DNA from: the human T2T-CHM13v2.0 reference genome, Homo sapiens
Assembly: GCF_009914755.1 (NCBI RefSeq)
Contig: NC_060935.1
Direction: 5' to 3' (one strand)
DNA length: 64,000 nt
Shown here: positions 27,941 to 41,335 of the stretch, one piece after another
Layout of the letters: every line of letters begins with the position of its first letter
Numbering within the stretch: position 1 is the stretch's first letter
The notes under the pieces: model-generated
The model's database searches: none
What the model saw: the letters and a program-made list of their open reading frames with translations, nothing else
What the model was told of the DNA's origin: nothing
Program-made: the position numbers and the translations under genes

Positions 27941-28400
27941 TGTATCTGTCTTCTTTTGCTAGGTTATGCTGCTGTAGCAACACTATCAAATTTCAGTGGC
28001 TTACAACACTGCTTTTCTTCTTGCTTATGCTACACCTTGTCAGCTGTGGATTGACTGCAGCATTGCTTCACGTTTCTTATTTTGGAACCCTGGCTCAAGG
28101 AGCATCCCCTGTCTGGGCTGTGCCATTATTGTGGATGAGGGAGAGAGCAAGAAAACAGATGCAGACATACAATGGCTCTTAAAGCTTTCACTCAGTCATG
28201 TTGTATGTCACATCAGCTCACATGTCAGTGGCCAAAGCAAGTCATATGGTCAGAGCTCACTGTCAGTGGGGTAAGGATGTATAGTCCTTCCACAGGTGGC
28301 ATTGCAAGTTGCATGATAACAGATAAGGCTGTATAATCCTCTTAAGGAAAGTGGAGGTTAAATAATTTGGAACAATAAATAATATAGTCTACATCAACAA
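27941..28400 (-). mobile_element. Old MLT1 (J/K-like) LTR
   Basis: ggttatgctgctgtagcaaac...tttcagtggcttacaac; cagtggccaaagcaagtcatatgg. Confidence 0.6.
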
Positions 28401-28861
28401 GTTCAGTAAATGCTTGTTAAATGGGTTATTTGGAGTCTATGAAAGTTTCTTTTTTTTTAGTGGGAAATTCAAACATAAACAGAAGTACAGAGAATGGTAT
28501 GATGAACCTCCCTTGTTCCCTTTATTACTCCAGCAGTTAATGTACGGACAATCTTGGTTTATCTGTTTTCTTTCCCCCCTTCTCACTAGATTATTTTGAA
28601 GCAGTTTTTGGATATCATAATTTCACTTACAAGTATTTCACTAAGTATTTTTAAGAGATAAAGTCTGAACGTGTGACTTCTCATAGTAAATTATTACTGT
28701 CTGATAGGGTGAGGTAATAGTACTATATAGACTGACAGGTGTCAAGCAGCAGAGCACGTTCATAGAGCGTATCTAGAATTTGACAGCCTGAACTTGTTTT
28801 GATTTCATTTTGAGTATTTCTGGAGGAGGCTTACAACAGAATGCCATCTACTTTTCCAGCC

Positions 28862-28931
28862 TCTCCCTTTCTTTCTTTCTTTCCTTCCTTCCTTCCTTCC
28901 TTCCTTCCTTCCTTCCTTCCTTCCTTCCTTC

Positions 28932-28985
<54 letters not shown>

Positions 28986-29046
28986 CTTTCTTTTTCTTTC
29001 TTTCTTTCTCTCTGTCTCTCTCTGTTTCTCTCTCTCTCTCTCTCTC

Positions 29047-29087
<41 letters not shown>
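28862..29087. repeat. Compound (TTCC)n-(TTTC)n-(TC)n-(TG)n microsatellite
   Basis: Seen directly in the sequence. Confidence 0.97.
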
Positions 29088-29089
<2 letters not shown>

Positions 29090-30167
29090 CAGAAGCAGGT
29101 AATTAACCTCTGGAAAAAATAACATTGCAACAGATTTGATTTGCAGAGGTTTCATTTCTCACTGAGCCTCTGTTGGAATGATGCCAGTTGAAAGGAATCC
29201 CAGCTCTTAATGGCTCCAAGTCTTCTGGGAGCTCTCAGTGATGTTATTTTCTTTGGAGAAGAACATCAGAATCATTTATAAAAATCCTGTGTTCACCCAT
29301 GCCATTTGCTCTGTGGAGAAAGGATCTATCATATCTTTAAGATGATCTCTAAGATGATATAAAAGTAAAGAAATTCATCTATCTAATTTTAGTTTAGAAA
29401 TCATTAATGCCAATTTCAGCTGCTCAGGTTAGTTTGTCTTGAAGGCCTGAAAGCCTCCATTTTGATTCAAGATGTCGTAGATTTTATGAGCATTCAGTAT
29501 AACCAGTAAGTTTGTCATTTCCATGGTTGTAGGGAATATGAGACATTCTGTTATGGATCTAGGATTACCGTTTCACAGGACATTCTTTTTTTGGGGGGAT
29601 TGTTAGGTAATAAACAGTGGGACACAAAATAAACAGATATAATCTCTTCAGTTTGTAGATTTTCAGGTGACAATGAGGTGGCAGAAGAGGATTTGTGCAG
29701 ATTAGGAAATAAATAATTATTGTATATAACATGATGGAAATATTTTAGTATAGTACCACTATCAAATTAATTTTGTTTCCTTAACTAGCTTCTTTCATTG
29801 TGTACAGAGACACTTATATTAAAGTAGTCTTTATAGATATCCAGTTAGCTTTAGTTTTTTCTAATTACATTATATTGCTAGTCTCATTTCAGAGTCCATG
29901 TAGGAACTACAGTAGAAAAGTAGCTATCATTGGCTTGTAAATAAAATTACTTAATTTTGAGTTTTTCTTGGGAAGGAAAAACCAGTTTTACAGAATTAGT
30001 GGAGTTGATTCTGGTTTTGGTTACTTGTGACAATATAGTCTATTTAAAATATAAATAAATAAAAATTTGCCCAAGAAGAATAAGTTTGACTTGCCATGAT
30101 TCATACTGTTTTTCTGTTGTTGTATCACAATTGAGAACATTAGTTTCAGAGGTAATAGTTTGTCAGT

Positions 30168-30820
<653 letters not shown>

Positions 30821-31299
30821 CCTTTGTTAGGATAATATACTTGTACCTTGGTTGTATTTTAGTTGCAATTGTTAGTTGCACAATTTGGGGGAATGTTTGA
30901 GGTCTCTATAGTAGTTACTGTATTTACCAGGAAGCCCTGCATGATTAGAATTCTTGAGACAGTGTATAAAGTTAAATTGGGTGTGTTGCCTGGATGTGAA
31001 CAGTAAAAAAGGAGAAGCTTCTCACCATACAATTATAGCTTAAAAGGAACCAGGTACAATTCTGTTTCCAAAAATAGAAAGTAAGTCAAATATTATATGG
31101 ATATGTAATAGTAATTATATTAATTTTGACTCCCTGGCCGACTTTTTTTTTGAAGCTATCATTTTTTGTCAGAGATAAAAAGTAGCTTTTAAAGGAAAAG
31201 ATATCTCAGCCCTTAATTATGTGTGTGTGTATGTGTGTGTATGTATTTATTTATATATTTTAGCCCTTGTAAGAGAGGAGCAGTGGAAGGGAACTGAAG

Positions 31300-31530
31300 G
31301 AGCATGATATAGAGAAAAGAGCCTGGGTTTTGGTGTGTTGCATTTGTTCTGTTACTAGCTGGGAGACCTTGGGCAAATTTACCTCTCTGATCAGCAGTTT
31401 AATTTTTTCATCTGTAAAAATGGGAAGAATACCTACTTTGCAGAATTGTCGTGACGATTAAATGAGAGTGTGTGTGAGTACCTAGCACATCGTAAGAGAG
31501 AGCTCAGTAAGTTATAGTAGCTGTTATTGT
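31300..31530 (+). mobile_element. MIR
   Basis: gaccttgggcaaatttacctctctg...catctgtaaaaatgggaagaatacc. Confidence 0.7.
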
Positions 31531-32014
31531 TTAAACTTCAGGAATTAGCTAGGTTTTGCTAGAACTTTCATCTGTGCTTGTAAGATCTTTTTGAATCCAT
31601 ATGTATTTTTAGCAGCTGTGGCTAAGATAGTTTTTTTCCCTTGCTGTGATAATATTCCTTATCTTTTATATTTCAGGCTATTGTTAGAATTAAATGCGTT
31701 TGCGAGTGAGGAATAGATTTAAGAGTTATTTCAATTCAGACCGTGGAACATCTCTTCACAAAATGGGTTAGTTTGGATTGGCAGTATACTTTTAAATCTG
31801 CCTTCGATCACTCAGAATTTGTCCAGTTCTGTATTTATTAACATCAGTTTGTTTATTTATTCAGTAAATATTGAATGCCTGTTCTGTGTAGGTCATTGTC
31901 TTGGCAGTTATTTTGAGCTCTTGCTACCTGCTGAATTATATCTTAAAATGAAGAAATTTACATGATAGAGTGATATTTATTCATCTGTGCTGAAGATTAA
32001 AGTGAGAAGTATGT

Positions 32015-32401
<387 letters not shown>

Positions 32402-32847
32402 CTATCACATACTGTCTTTTTATGTTTTCCTTTTTATTTTATTTTTCAGTTTAGTTATATTTCAGTGAACTATTTAGACCAAAATGGAAAAGACATTGGT
32501 GTAAGTTGGAATCTAAGAAGTTTTAGATGTTCATTGCTTTTGAACAGAGGAAGTAACATTTTATGGATTGGGCATTGTTTTAGTCACTACTTGAAGGAGA
32601 ACCTCTTACTCATTATCAGTCTCTTGGAAATAGCAACTGATTAAGCCTATATATACTTTGTGCATCCAGTGAAAATGTGATAAATATGATGATCTTTTGG
32701 TCAGAGAAGGATTCTGGAAACTGCAGTAGTTTGATTAGTAAGACAGTGTTTAAATCATGATTACTTGTTGCTCTAATATTTTAGACTTTGAAAGATGACA
32801 AGATGTGATGTAGGTGACAAAGAGCATTTTTAAAAATGGGTGAAATT

Positions 32848-33143
32848 GGCCGGGTGCGGTGACTCACGCCTATAATCCCAGCACTTTGGGAGGCTGAGGC
32901 GGGCGGATCACAAGGTCAGGAAATCGAGACCATTCTGGCTAACACGGTGAAACCCCGTCTCTACTAAAAATACAAAAAAAATTACCTGGGTGTGGTAGCA
33001 GGCGCCTGTAGTCCCAGCTACTCGGGAGACTGAGGAGAATGGCATGAACCCGGGAGGCGGAGCTTGCAGTGAGCCGAGATCACCCTACTGCAGCCTGGGC
33101 AACAGAGCAAGACTCCGTCTCAAAAAAAAAAAAAAAAAAAAAA
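32848..33143 (+). mobile_element. AluY-like
   Basis: Full dimer with small deletions; TSD ggtgaaatt. Confidence 0.92.
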
Positions 33144-33185
33144 GGTGAAATTTAGGCCTATCAAGATACTTGGGATGTAGGAAAG

Positions 33186-33530
<345 letters not shown>

Positions 33531-34769
33531 GGATGTTACATTTATTGAGTACATATTAAGTACTGCTCACTGTTTTAGGTACTTCCTGTGCATTGTCTTT
33601 TTTAACCTTTCAACTAAGCTAAATACTGTTGTCCCTGTTTTAAAACTGGGAAAAATGAGCCTCTGAGAGGTTCACTAATACCCAAGCTGACATAGTTTCT
33701 AAACAGAAGACTTGGGATTATTACTCCGATGCTCGCTTTTTTGAAACTACTGGTCACAGTCGTTTGTGGTTATTGGCTCATCTAGATCAATCAATTGGAT
33801 GAAACCCAGAAAATAGATTTTGTCTTCAACAATACCATTAAAGAGTTGCCTTCACATTAAAATTTAATAACTACATCTTATCCTTTGTACTCTTAATCAC
33901 CTGTTTTCCCTATTTTCTTTTCCAGATTTCTGACATGAGGGATTTTGTCTCATTTGCTCTAAAGAGTGAACCTAAACATTGTGTTTAGGTTTGTTATTAG
34001 TTGCTTTAAATATATACACATCTGTAAACATTGAACTTTTTTGATGCCTCATCTGTGTTGCTTATAGATCATTTTCCATCATAATTATTTTAAAGTCCTT
34101 TTAAGAAGTTTAAGGCCTATCTCATATATGTAATATATTAATAGTAGATAATCAGGCCTTTGGAAGCATAAATGATGTAAGTAAGTTGGGTTGCAGTTTT
34201 TTCTTATCAAGAATCTGCGTGTGTTTAAGTGGCAGTGGAGATAATATTTTTATTTGCGTTGTTATAGTGTTATCTTTATCATTTAGTTTATATTTTCTGC
34301 CATTTAAAGATAAAAAGGTTTTATCTTTTATAGCTATAGAGTCATCTTCTGAGCCTTAAAACACTTGTGTTTTTTTTCTTTTCGCCGTGTGGGTGGGGAA
34401 AGGGGTGTGTGGCAATGGCCCTGTGCTTTGCCTCTGCCTGAGTTACAGGCGTGCTTTGTTTGCCTGGCTGGGGTTTGTGTCTCCCATGCTCAGGAGGGTG
34501 GAACCAGTTTCCCAGGGCCTGGGCCCTACCTATTGTCATTCTCCCCATAAGGGGATCTGTTACGTGTACTTGTGGGACCACACAGTGCTCTGGGCAGATA
34601 AGCCTCTTCCTGCCTATATCAGAACCAACATAGCCCACACACATCTGGGAAAGCATGCCAGGGTCAGCACCCCAGGCGCCCTGTACTCCCAGCCCATTCC
34701 CCTTCTTCTTCCCACTCACCTGGAATCCCTGACCCAAGGCTCTACCTATTGGTTCTAATATTCTGGTGG

Positions 34770-35260
34770 ACAGAATCTAAGAGTCCAGCAAGCTCAGAAT
34801 CTCAGGACCTCCTCATCCCTTTAGGAACCATCAATTAATCTCATGATTTCAGGTTGAACCACTGGAGTCAATTTCAGAAGTTTTGGTCTATCTCAGAACC
34901 TTCAGATCACACTCAAAAGCTTGGGGACAGCCTCAGAACCTTGGGACACATCTCAGCATACAGGGTCATCAATCTTAGAACTTGAGGTCTGTCTCAGAAC
35001 CTTCATGCGAAACTCAGAATCTTGGGAAGTCCCAGGACCTTGTGCCCGGTATTATACCATTGGATCAATTATCACAGTCGCAGAATCTTGAGGTCCATCT
35101 TGGAATGGTGCAGTCAGCCTGAACCGTGGGATCAAGTTCAGGGACATGAGAACAATCTCAGAAACTTCTGGCCAGTCCTAGGTCTGAAAACCTTCAAAAC
35201 AGCAACAGACTCTTGCGGTCCATCTCAAAACTTGAGATTGTGGTCTAAAAGGGACCCTCA
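34770..35260. repeat. Degenerate ~20-21 bp minisatellite (core ctcagaaccttg)
   Basis: Recurring ctcagaacc/ctcagaatct/ctcaaaa motifs at ~20 bp spacing, clearest at 34890-35040. Confidence 0.65.
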
Positions 35261-35608
35261 AGACTATCCATCCAGTCCCTTCCTGGAATACAAGTCACCT
35301 CCACAGCCTCCCTGATCTCGCTGTCTAGTCTTTGCTATGAGCCCTCCTCGATAGGGATACCTGGCCCCTACCCACTGCCTGCCTTGCTTCTGGATGGCTC
35401 CAGCTACTAAATGATGTCTCCAAAATGTGAGAATCTGAAATCTGTCTCCTTTTTCCCACATCAGCCCTCTGAGACCTCTGCAGAGATTTCAAGGCAAGAC
35501 CCATATGCTCAGGGTAAGCTTTGTCCCAGACTGCCCACACTGGGTTCCTCCCCTGACTTCCAGATCTCCACCCGCCCTTCTGAACACTGTTATCTGCAAC
35601 ACAGTTAC

Positions 35609-35650
35609 CTGTTTATGCATTTCAATTTTGAGCCTATAGGATATCTCATA
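35609..35650 (-). pseudogene. TLE exon 4 homolog, YEISYRLKIEMHKQ
   Basis: Compare TLE YYEMSYGLNIEMHKQ; acceptor ttcctttgcag, donor GTAACT. Confidence 0.9.
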
Positions 35651-36098
35651 CTGCAAAGGAAAAGCCCATTGGGAATGTCTGGGGTGGAGGTGGATGCCCA
35701 ACCCTGTGCTGGGTGATGCTGGGGGAATCACAGCAGGATACAGAGCCCCAGAACCCCATGGGGTCCCAGAGGAGGAGCCCAGAGGAGGAAGCGGGACCAT
35801 ACCTGGAGGGGCTGCCTCTGATCTCCTCAGAGACTAGGGGTGCAGTGGGAGGAGAAGATAGGAGATGCCTAGAGACCCTGGCCCCACAGAGATGCCTGTG
35901 AGAAGAGGGAAGATTCCTGTTTCACTATTCTCAAGAGCTGGGAGAGGCTTCTGAGAGAGAACCTGTAATCCCAGTCGGCCCAATTACAGATAGGAAAGAT
36001 AAGGCTCAAAGAGGGCTCAGTCCTACCCCAGAGTGGTTGGGTGAGTCAGGACTAACAAGTCCTCTTTCCCATTCCCCTGACATCATAACTCTCCCCAC

Positions 36099-36162
36099 CA
36101 TGATGTTATGTTGCTGCATTTCAGTCTTCTCACTGGCCATCTTCTCACATTCCAGCTTGACA
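36099..36162 (-). pseudogene. TLE exon 3 homolog, [21 protein letters not shown] (64 nt)
   Basis: Compare TLE1/2/4 [21 protein letters not shown]; acceptor ctctccttcctagttag, donor GTGGGG. Confidence 0.92.
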
Positions 36163-37327
36163 CTAACTAGGAAGGAGAGAGACCATGGGGGTCCCACACA
36201 CCCCATATGAGCCAAAGTGAAAAACATTGTTACTTTTAATCTCATTTCTTCTTTGTAAATGATTTTTTGTCTCTGAAATTCTGTGACATGAATCAGTTTA
36301 GTCACTTTTTATCTTATTAAATGGAGAGAAAAATTGCTTAAGAGATATTTAGGTGTGTTGTTTTTTAACCCTTTTTGGTTGTAAATTGTTTTCTTTCTTT
36401 GTTTTAGTAACCCCAGAAAATCTAGAAGAAAATCTAGAAGAGAGGTAGGCAGATCATTGGTTTAAAAAAAGAAGCCCACCAACTAAATCTTTTATTGAGT
36501 AAAGTATTGTTTCTAGGTAGAGAAAGATTAGAGAATTGTATTGAGAATTTTACTAGGTTTGGGATTTACAAAGAGGCTAACATGCAAAAGGCAGTGCTCT
36601 TCGAAGGAGTCGTATAGATGTGGAGACTTTATAGCCCTTAGGGAGATCTACAGACATCCGCTATGCTGAGTTCTGGGAAGCTGCTTTTTCCCATGCTTGC
36701 AGCCTCCCCGTGGGGTAAAGGTCTGTTAGTTTTGCATAAATATTTACCATATCTCATTTTAGCTAGCATTGCTTCCTCACACTGTTAGCACTAAGGAGAA
36801 CTTTGCTTATCCAGCTTGAAAAATTTACTGTGATCGATATGACTAATCTGGAGGATGTTCTGTCATCTTTGAGCATTGATGAAGTTAAAAAGTCAGATTG
36901 GCAAAAATAATGAGGGGGAAAGCAACCGGTTCACAGTTGACAAACATTTGCCCATGCTTGTTTTCCCATATTTATTTTTTTAAACGAGAAGGTTATTACA
37001 CAAGCAGCATTTCAGTCTTGTCACACCCAATAAATTATTGTTGCTTTTATATGTTTATTTGTATACTAGTCGTTTACATTTGCATTTACTATACTTTTAC
37101 AACTGTTTCCTTATTTTGTAACCATGAACACCAGCTTCTACATGTAAAGCCTCATTCTAGGTACTTTATATACATCATATTTAATAGATATAATAATTGT
37201 ACAAGGCAAATGTTATTCCCATTTTACAGATGAGAAAAAAACTTAGATTCAAAGACATTGATTGACTAGATCAGTATTTCCCAGCTATAAATTTTTTTGG
37301 AACCAGGTTTTAAATTCAAGTCTTTTA

Positions 37328-37489
37328 GCGGGGCACAGTACCTGTAGTCCTAGTTACTTAGGAGGCTGAGGTGGGAGGATTGCTTGAGCCCAGGAGCTCC
37401 AGGCTGCAGTGAGCTATGATTGTGTCAGTCTACTTCAGCATGGGCTACAGAGTGAGACTCTGTCTCTTTAAAAATAAAAAATAAAAAAA
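37328..37489 (+). mobile_element. Alu monomer (FRAM/FAM-like)
   Basis: cctgtagtcctagttact...gagactctgtctc plus A tail. Confidence 0.8.
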
Positions 37490-37984
37490 CCCAGATCTTT
37501 TTGACTCTTGATTCATTACATTTGCTACTGTACCCAATTTTATGTTACTCCAAATGAAAATATTCAGCCAAAGAAGGTTATTTAATCTATTTTAAGATAA
37601 ATTACAGGAGTAATTTCTAAGTTGTGTTACAGGGAATATCCAGGACACTTTAATAGGAGTGTATTTTTTTGACTCATGAGCCCTACAACATTCAGGCATT
37701 CAAGGCCAAAGGTAGAATGTAAAATGATATTAAAAGGCAACCTTCAGACTTTGAGTTTATTATTTTAAAAAAGATCCAGCTTATTATGGAAAAATGGCCT
37801 AATCCATTTTATTAGTCAAAAACAATCCAACATTTGCAATTTCATGTGATTCAGGCTAGGAGCAATCTATCAGTATGACTGCGTCTTAAATCTTGTCAAT
37901 ATTTGATAGGATTCTACTTTAAAATTTTTGTGTTTTTGTGTCTCTTACCTTCTACTTCTCCTTCACTCCATGTCTTTTTTAAAA

Positions 37985-38278
37985 TTTTTTATGTTTTTGA
38001 GACCGAGTCTTGCTCTGTCTCCCAGGCTGGAGTGCCGTGGCATGATCTTGGCTCACTGCAATCTCTGCCTCCTGGGTTCAAGCGATTCTTGTGGCTGAGC
38101 CACCCAGGTGGCTAGGATTACAGGTGTGCGCCACCACACCTGGCTAATTTTTTTTTAAGTAGAGATGGGGTTTCACCATGTTTGCCCAGCTAGTCTTGAA
38201 CTCTTGGCCTCAAGTGATCTGCCTGCCTCAGCCTCCCAAAAGAGCTAGGATTACAGGCCTGAGCCACTGCGCCCAGCC
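37985..38278 (-). mobile_element. Alu (J/S)
   Basis: Reverse Alu dimer. Confidence 0.88.
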
Positions 38279-38773
38279 TCCCCTTATCTTTTTGCATGTA
38301 CACTTTGTCTTTATTGTCATCACTAAGCTTTTAATCTTTCCTTTGTTACCCCATCTAGGTCCTCTGCTCTCCCTCAACCTTTTACTTATTTCTGGTTGAG
38401 CCCTTTTGTCATTCCCTGCAATTTTCTGACCATGTAGTAGATACCCAGTAGGCTTCCTGGATTACTTGGTTTTTCTGTATTTTGCTAAAAAGTTACTCCA
38501 AAGATGATACCTTCTATTTGGACCTTTCCCACCCTTTATATACCTATCTAGGAGGTAGTAACCCAACCATTAATCTCTCCATGCAAAATACATGTATTGA
38601 CTAAAAATTATGTGCTAGGTACTGTAATGTTTCCTACCCATTATTTTACTTAATTCTCACAATTACTCTGTGAGGTATTCACAGGTGAAGAAAGAGAAAG
38701 TTTAAGTAGCATGCCTAGTGAGTGGTAAAACTTGGATTTTAGTATGAATCTGTCTGACTTCCCAACCTGCACT

Positions 38774-39053
38774 GTTTTTTTTTTTGTTTTGTTTTGTTTT
38801 TTTTGAGACAGTCACCCTCTGTTGCCCAGGCTGGAGTGCAGTGGCGTGATCTCAGCTCACTGCAACCTCAGCCTCCTGAGTAGCTGGGACTGCAGGCATG
38901 TGCCACCGTGCCCTTCTAATTTTTGTATTTTTAGTAGAGACGGGGTTTCACCATGTTGGCCGTGGCTGGTTTTGAATTCCTGACCTCAAGTGATCCGCCT
39001 GCCTCAACCTCCCAAAGTACTGGGATTACAGGTGTGAGCCACCATGCCTGGCC
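38774..39053 (-). mobile_element. Alu with internal deletion
   Basis: Reverse Alu lacking the ggttcaagcgattctcctg segment. Confidence 0.88.
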
Positions 39054-39339
39054 CCAGCCTGCATGCACTCTTAAACACTATCCTATACTGCCAGATATGG
39101 TCAGAGTTGAATCAGATACTGTTTCTGCCTTTTAGGAACTTCGAGTCTAATAGAGGAAGATAGAGAACTAAGTGCACAGGGCACAGTGGAGACTGAAAGG
39201 AGAAAAATCATTACTTTTTGGACAGATCACAGACAGCTTCATAGAGGAGATGAATATATTTGCTGAATCCTGGAATGTGGGATGTAGTTACTGGACAGGT
39301 AAGGGATAGAGGAACAATTCAGGTAAAAGAAACAATCAG

Positions 39340-39627
39340 GTTTTTTTGAGACAGAGTCTCACTCCATCACCCAGGCTGGATTGCAGTGGCATGATCTTGC
39401 CTCATTGCAACCTCCACCTCCTGGGTTCAAGGGATTCTTGTGCCTCGGCCTCCCAAAATACTGGAATTACAAGCACGTGCCACCGCAGCTGGCTAATTTC
39501 TGTATTTTTAGTAGAGACAAGGTTTTGCTGTGTTGGCCAGGCTGTCCTTGAACTCCTGACCTCAAGTGATCCGCCCACCTCAGCCTCCCAAAGTGCTGGG
39601 ATTACAGGCGTAAGCCACCGTGCCACC
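39340..39627 (-). mobile_element. AluS inside L2-like sequence
   Basis: Reverse Alu; flanks such as taaggagtttggatttt and ggagccactgaagg resemble L2. Confidence 0.85.
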
Positions 39628-40329
39628 AAAATAAGGAATATTAATAAGGACATAGAGGTGAAATAGCTCACATTTTCAGGAACTGCATATAGTTCAGCAT
39701 GGCTAGAGCATGGAGGTTGATGATGGATGGGCACAGCAGTTGGTAAAGTTGGAGTGATAGGTGGTACCAGATTATGGAAGGCCTTTTAAGTCATTCTAAG
39801 GAGTTTGGATTTTAACCTCTGGATTGTAGGGAGCCACTGAAGGCCTTCAGTCAGAGAGGCAGTAAGCGTTATGTTATAAAAGATTCTTTCGGTGGTAGCG
39901 TGAAGAAAGGATTAGTCTTGAGCAACAGTTTCAGGGGCAGAGAAACCAATAGTGAGACATTTTTCAGTAATCCATATGAAAAATGATACTAATAAATTCC
40001 TAAACTGAAGTTGTAACATATACTTAAAAGCGAAGAGACAAAGTTATTAAGAAGATACTAAGAATACCAGCAGGGTGAAAGGTGTGTGGTCAAAGTGTGG
40101 GGCTTTCTGGGTTGTGTCCTTGGGTAGGGGTTGGTAATACTTAGCAAGATAGGGAATGTAAAAGGGAGAAGGCAGGGTTTTGTTTTGTTATTTTTGTTTG
40201 GCTGACTGATAAGATGGAAGATGGAGAAGAGAACAGACATAGTAAGGGATAGATTTAGTTTAAGTTACTAAATCTTTAGTTTAAGTATTCACTATCTGTT
40301 GTATGATAGATTATCCCAAAACAATAAAC

Positions 40330-40540
40330 TTGCACTATCCACTATGGTAACCACAAGACAAATGTGGCTATTTACATTTAAATTAATTGAAATTAAATAA
40401 AATTGAAAATTCAGTTCCTCAGTGACACTAGCCACATTTCAAATATTCACTAGCCACATGAAGCCAGTGGCTACAGTACTGTTGGTTGATCATAGAACGT
40501 TTTAAATTATTGCAAAAAGCTCTTTTGGACAGTGCTGCCA
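40330..40540. mobile_element. MER3/MER33-like hAT-Charlie element
   Basis: aaattcagttcctcagtgacactagccacatttcaa...ttggacagtgctg. Confidence 0.7.
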
Positions 40541-40544
40541 AACA

Positions 40545-41335
40545 TTTATCAACGCATAGTTTACTAAGATCAGAAATCGGTGAGCAACTTTGCTGGGTGG
40601 TTCTGCTTCAAGGTTTCTCATGAGGTTGCAGTCCAGGTGTCTGCAACTAGAAGCAAGGGCTTCAGGAATCTGAAGGCTCAACTGCACCTGGTGGGTCCAT
40701 TTCCAAGGTGACTTACTCATGCTGGTCAAGTGAGTGCTGATTGTTGGTAGGAAGCCCTAGCTCCTCTGTTGGTAGGTGGACTTCTCTGTGGGGATGTGTG
40801 AGGCAGCTGGCTTTGCCCTGAGTGAGTGATTTTAGCCAGAGAGGGAGGTAGAAGCCATTATAACTTTTGTGAGCTGACCTCAAAAGTCACACTACATCAT
40901 TTCTATAATCTGTTGGTTACACAGGTCAGCACTATTCACTGTGGGAAGAAACTATACAAGGGCATGAATACCAAGAGTCAATGGGGCCCATTTTGTTTTT
41001 TTGAGATAGGATCTCACTGTGTTGCTCAGGCTGGGGTGCAGTGGTGTGATCATGGCTCACTGCAGCCTGAATCTCCCAGCCTAAAGCAGTCTCTCATCTC
41101 AGCCTCCCAAGTAGCTGGGACTACAGGCATGCCACCATGCTCAGCTAATTGTATTTTATTTTTATTTATTTATTTATTTTTGGTAGAGATAGGGTTTTGC
41201 CATGTTGCCTAGGCTGGCCTCAAATTCCTCGGCACAAGTGATCTGCCCACCTTGGCCTCCCAAAGTGCTGGGATTACAGGCATAAGCCAAAGTGCCCAGC
41301 CTATTGGTGGTCATTTTGGAGGCTTCCCACCACAA
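40545..41335 (-). mobile_element. Old MLT1 LTR interrupted by an AluJ (40992-41301)
   Basis: ggtttctcatgaggttgcagtc...acaagggcatgaatacca...ggtcattttggaggct. Confidence 0.65.

Larger units (their letters stand above)
34370..36220 (-). pseudogene. Intron-containing TLE/Groucho gene fragment (TLE2-like), antisense within ARHGEF12 intron 1
   Basis: Two Q-domain exons with canonical splice sites; GC-richer block inside an AT-rich intron; T-tract at the left end; degenerate TSD; TTTT/AA at the right end. Confidence 0.8.

Noticed and set aside
28805-29155. K/E/R-rich and F/L/S-rich ORFs
   Set aside because: Translations of the compound microsatellite
33900-33990. Strong acceptor ttttcttttccag as ARHGEF12 exon 2
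   Set aside because: Downstream sequence does not encode the expected FPLKKPIR continuation; no support from sequence alone
34713-34780. Minus-strand QGFQ|GTGAGT as a further TLE (TLE6-like) exon
   Set aside because: Only four residues match and upstream codons show no similarity; no TLE exon 5 (AEIVKRL...) was found in the insert
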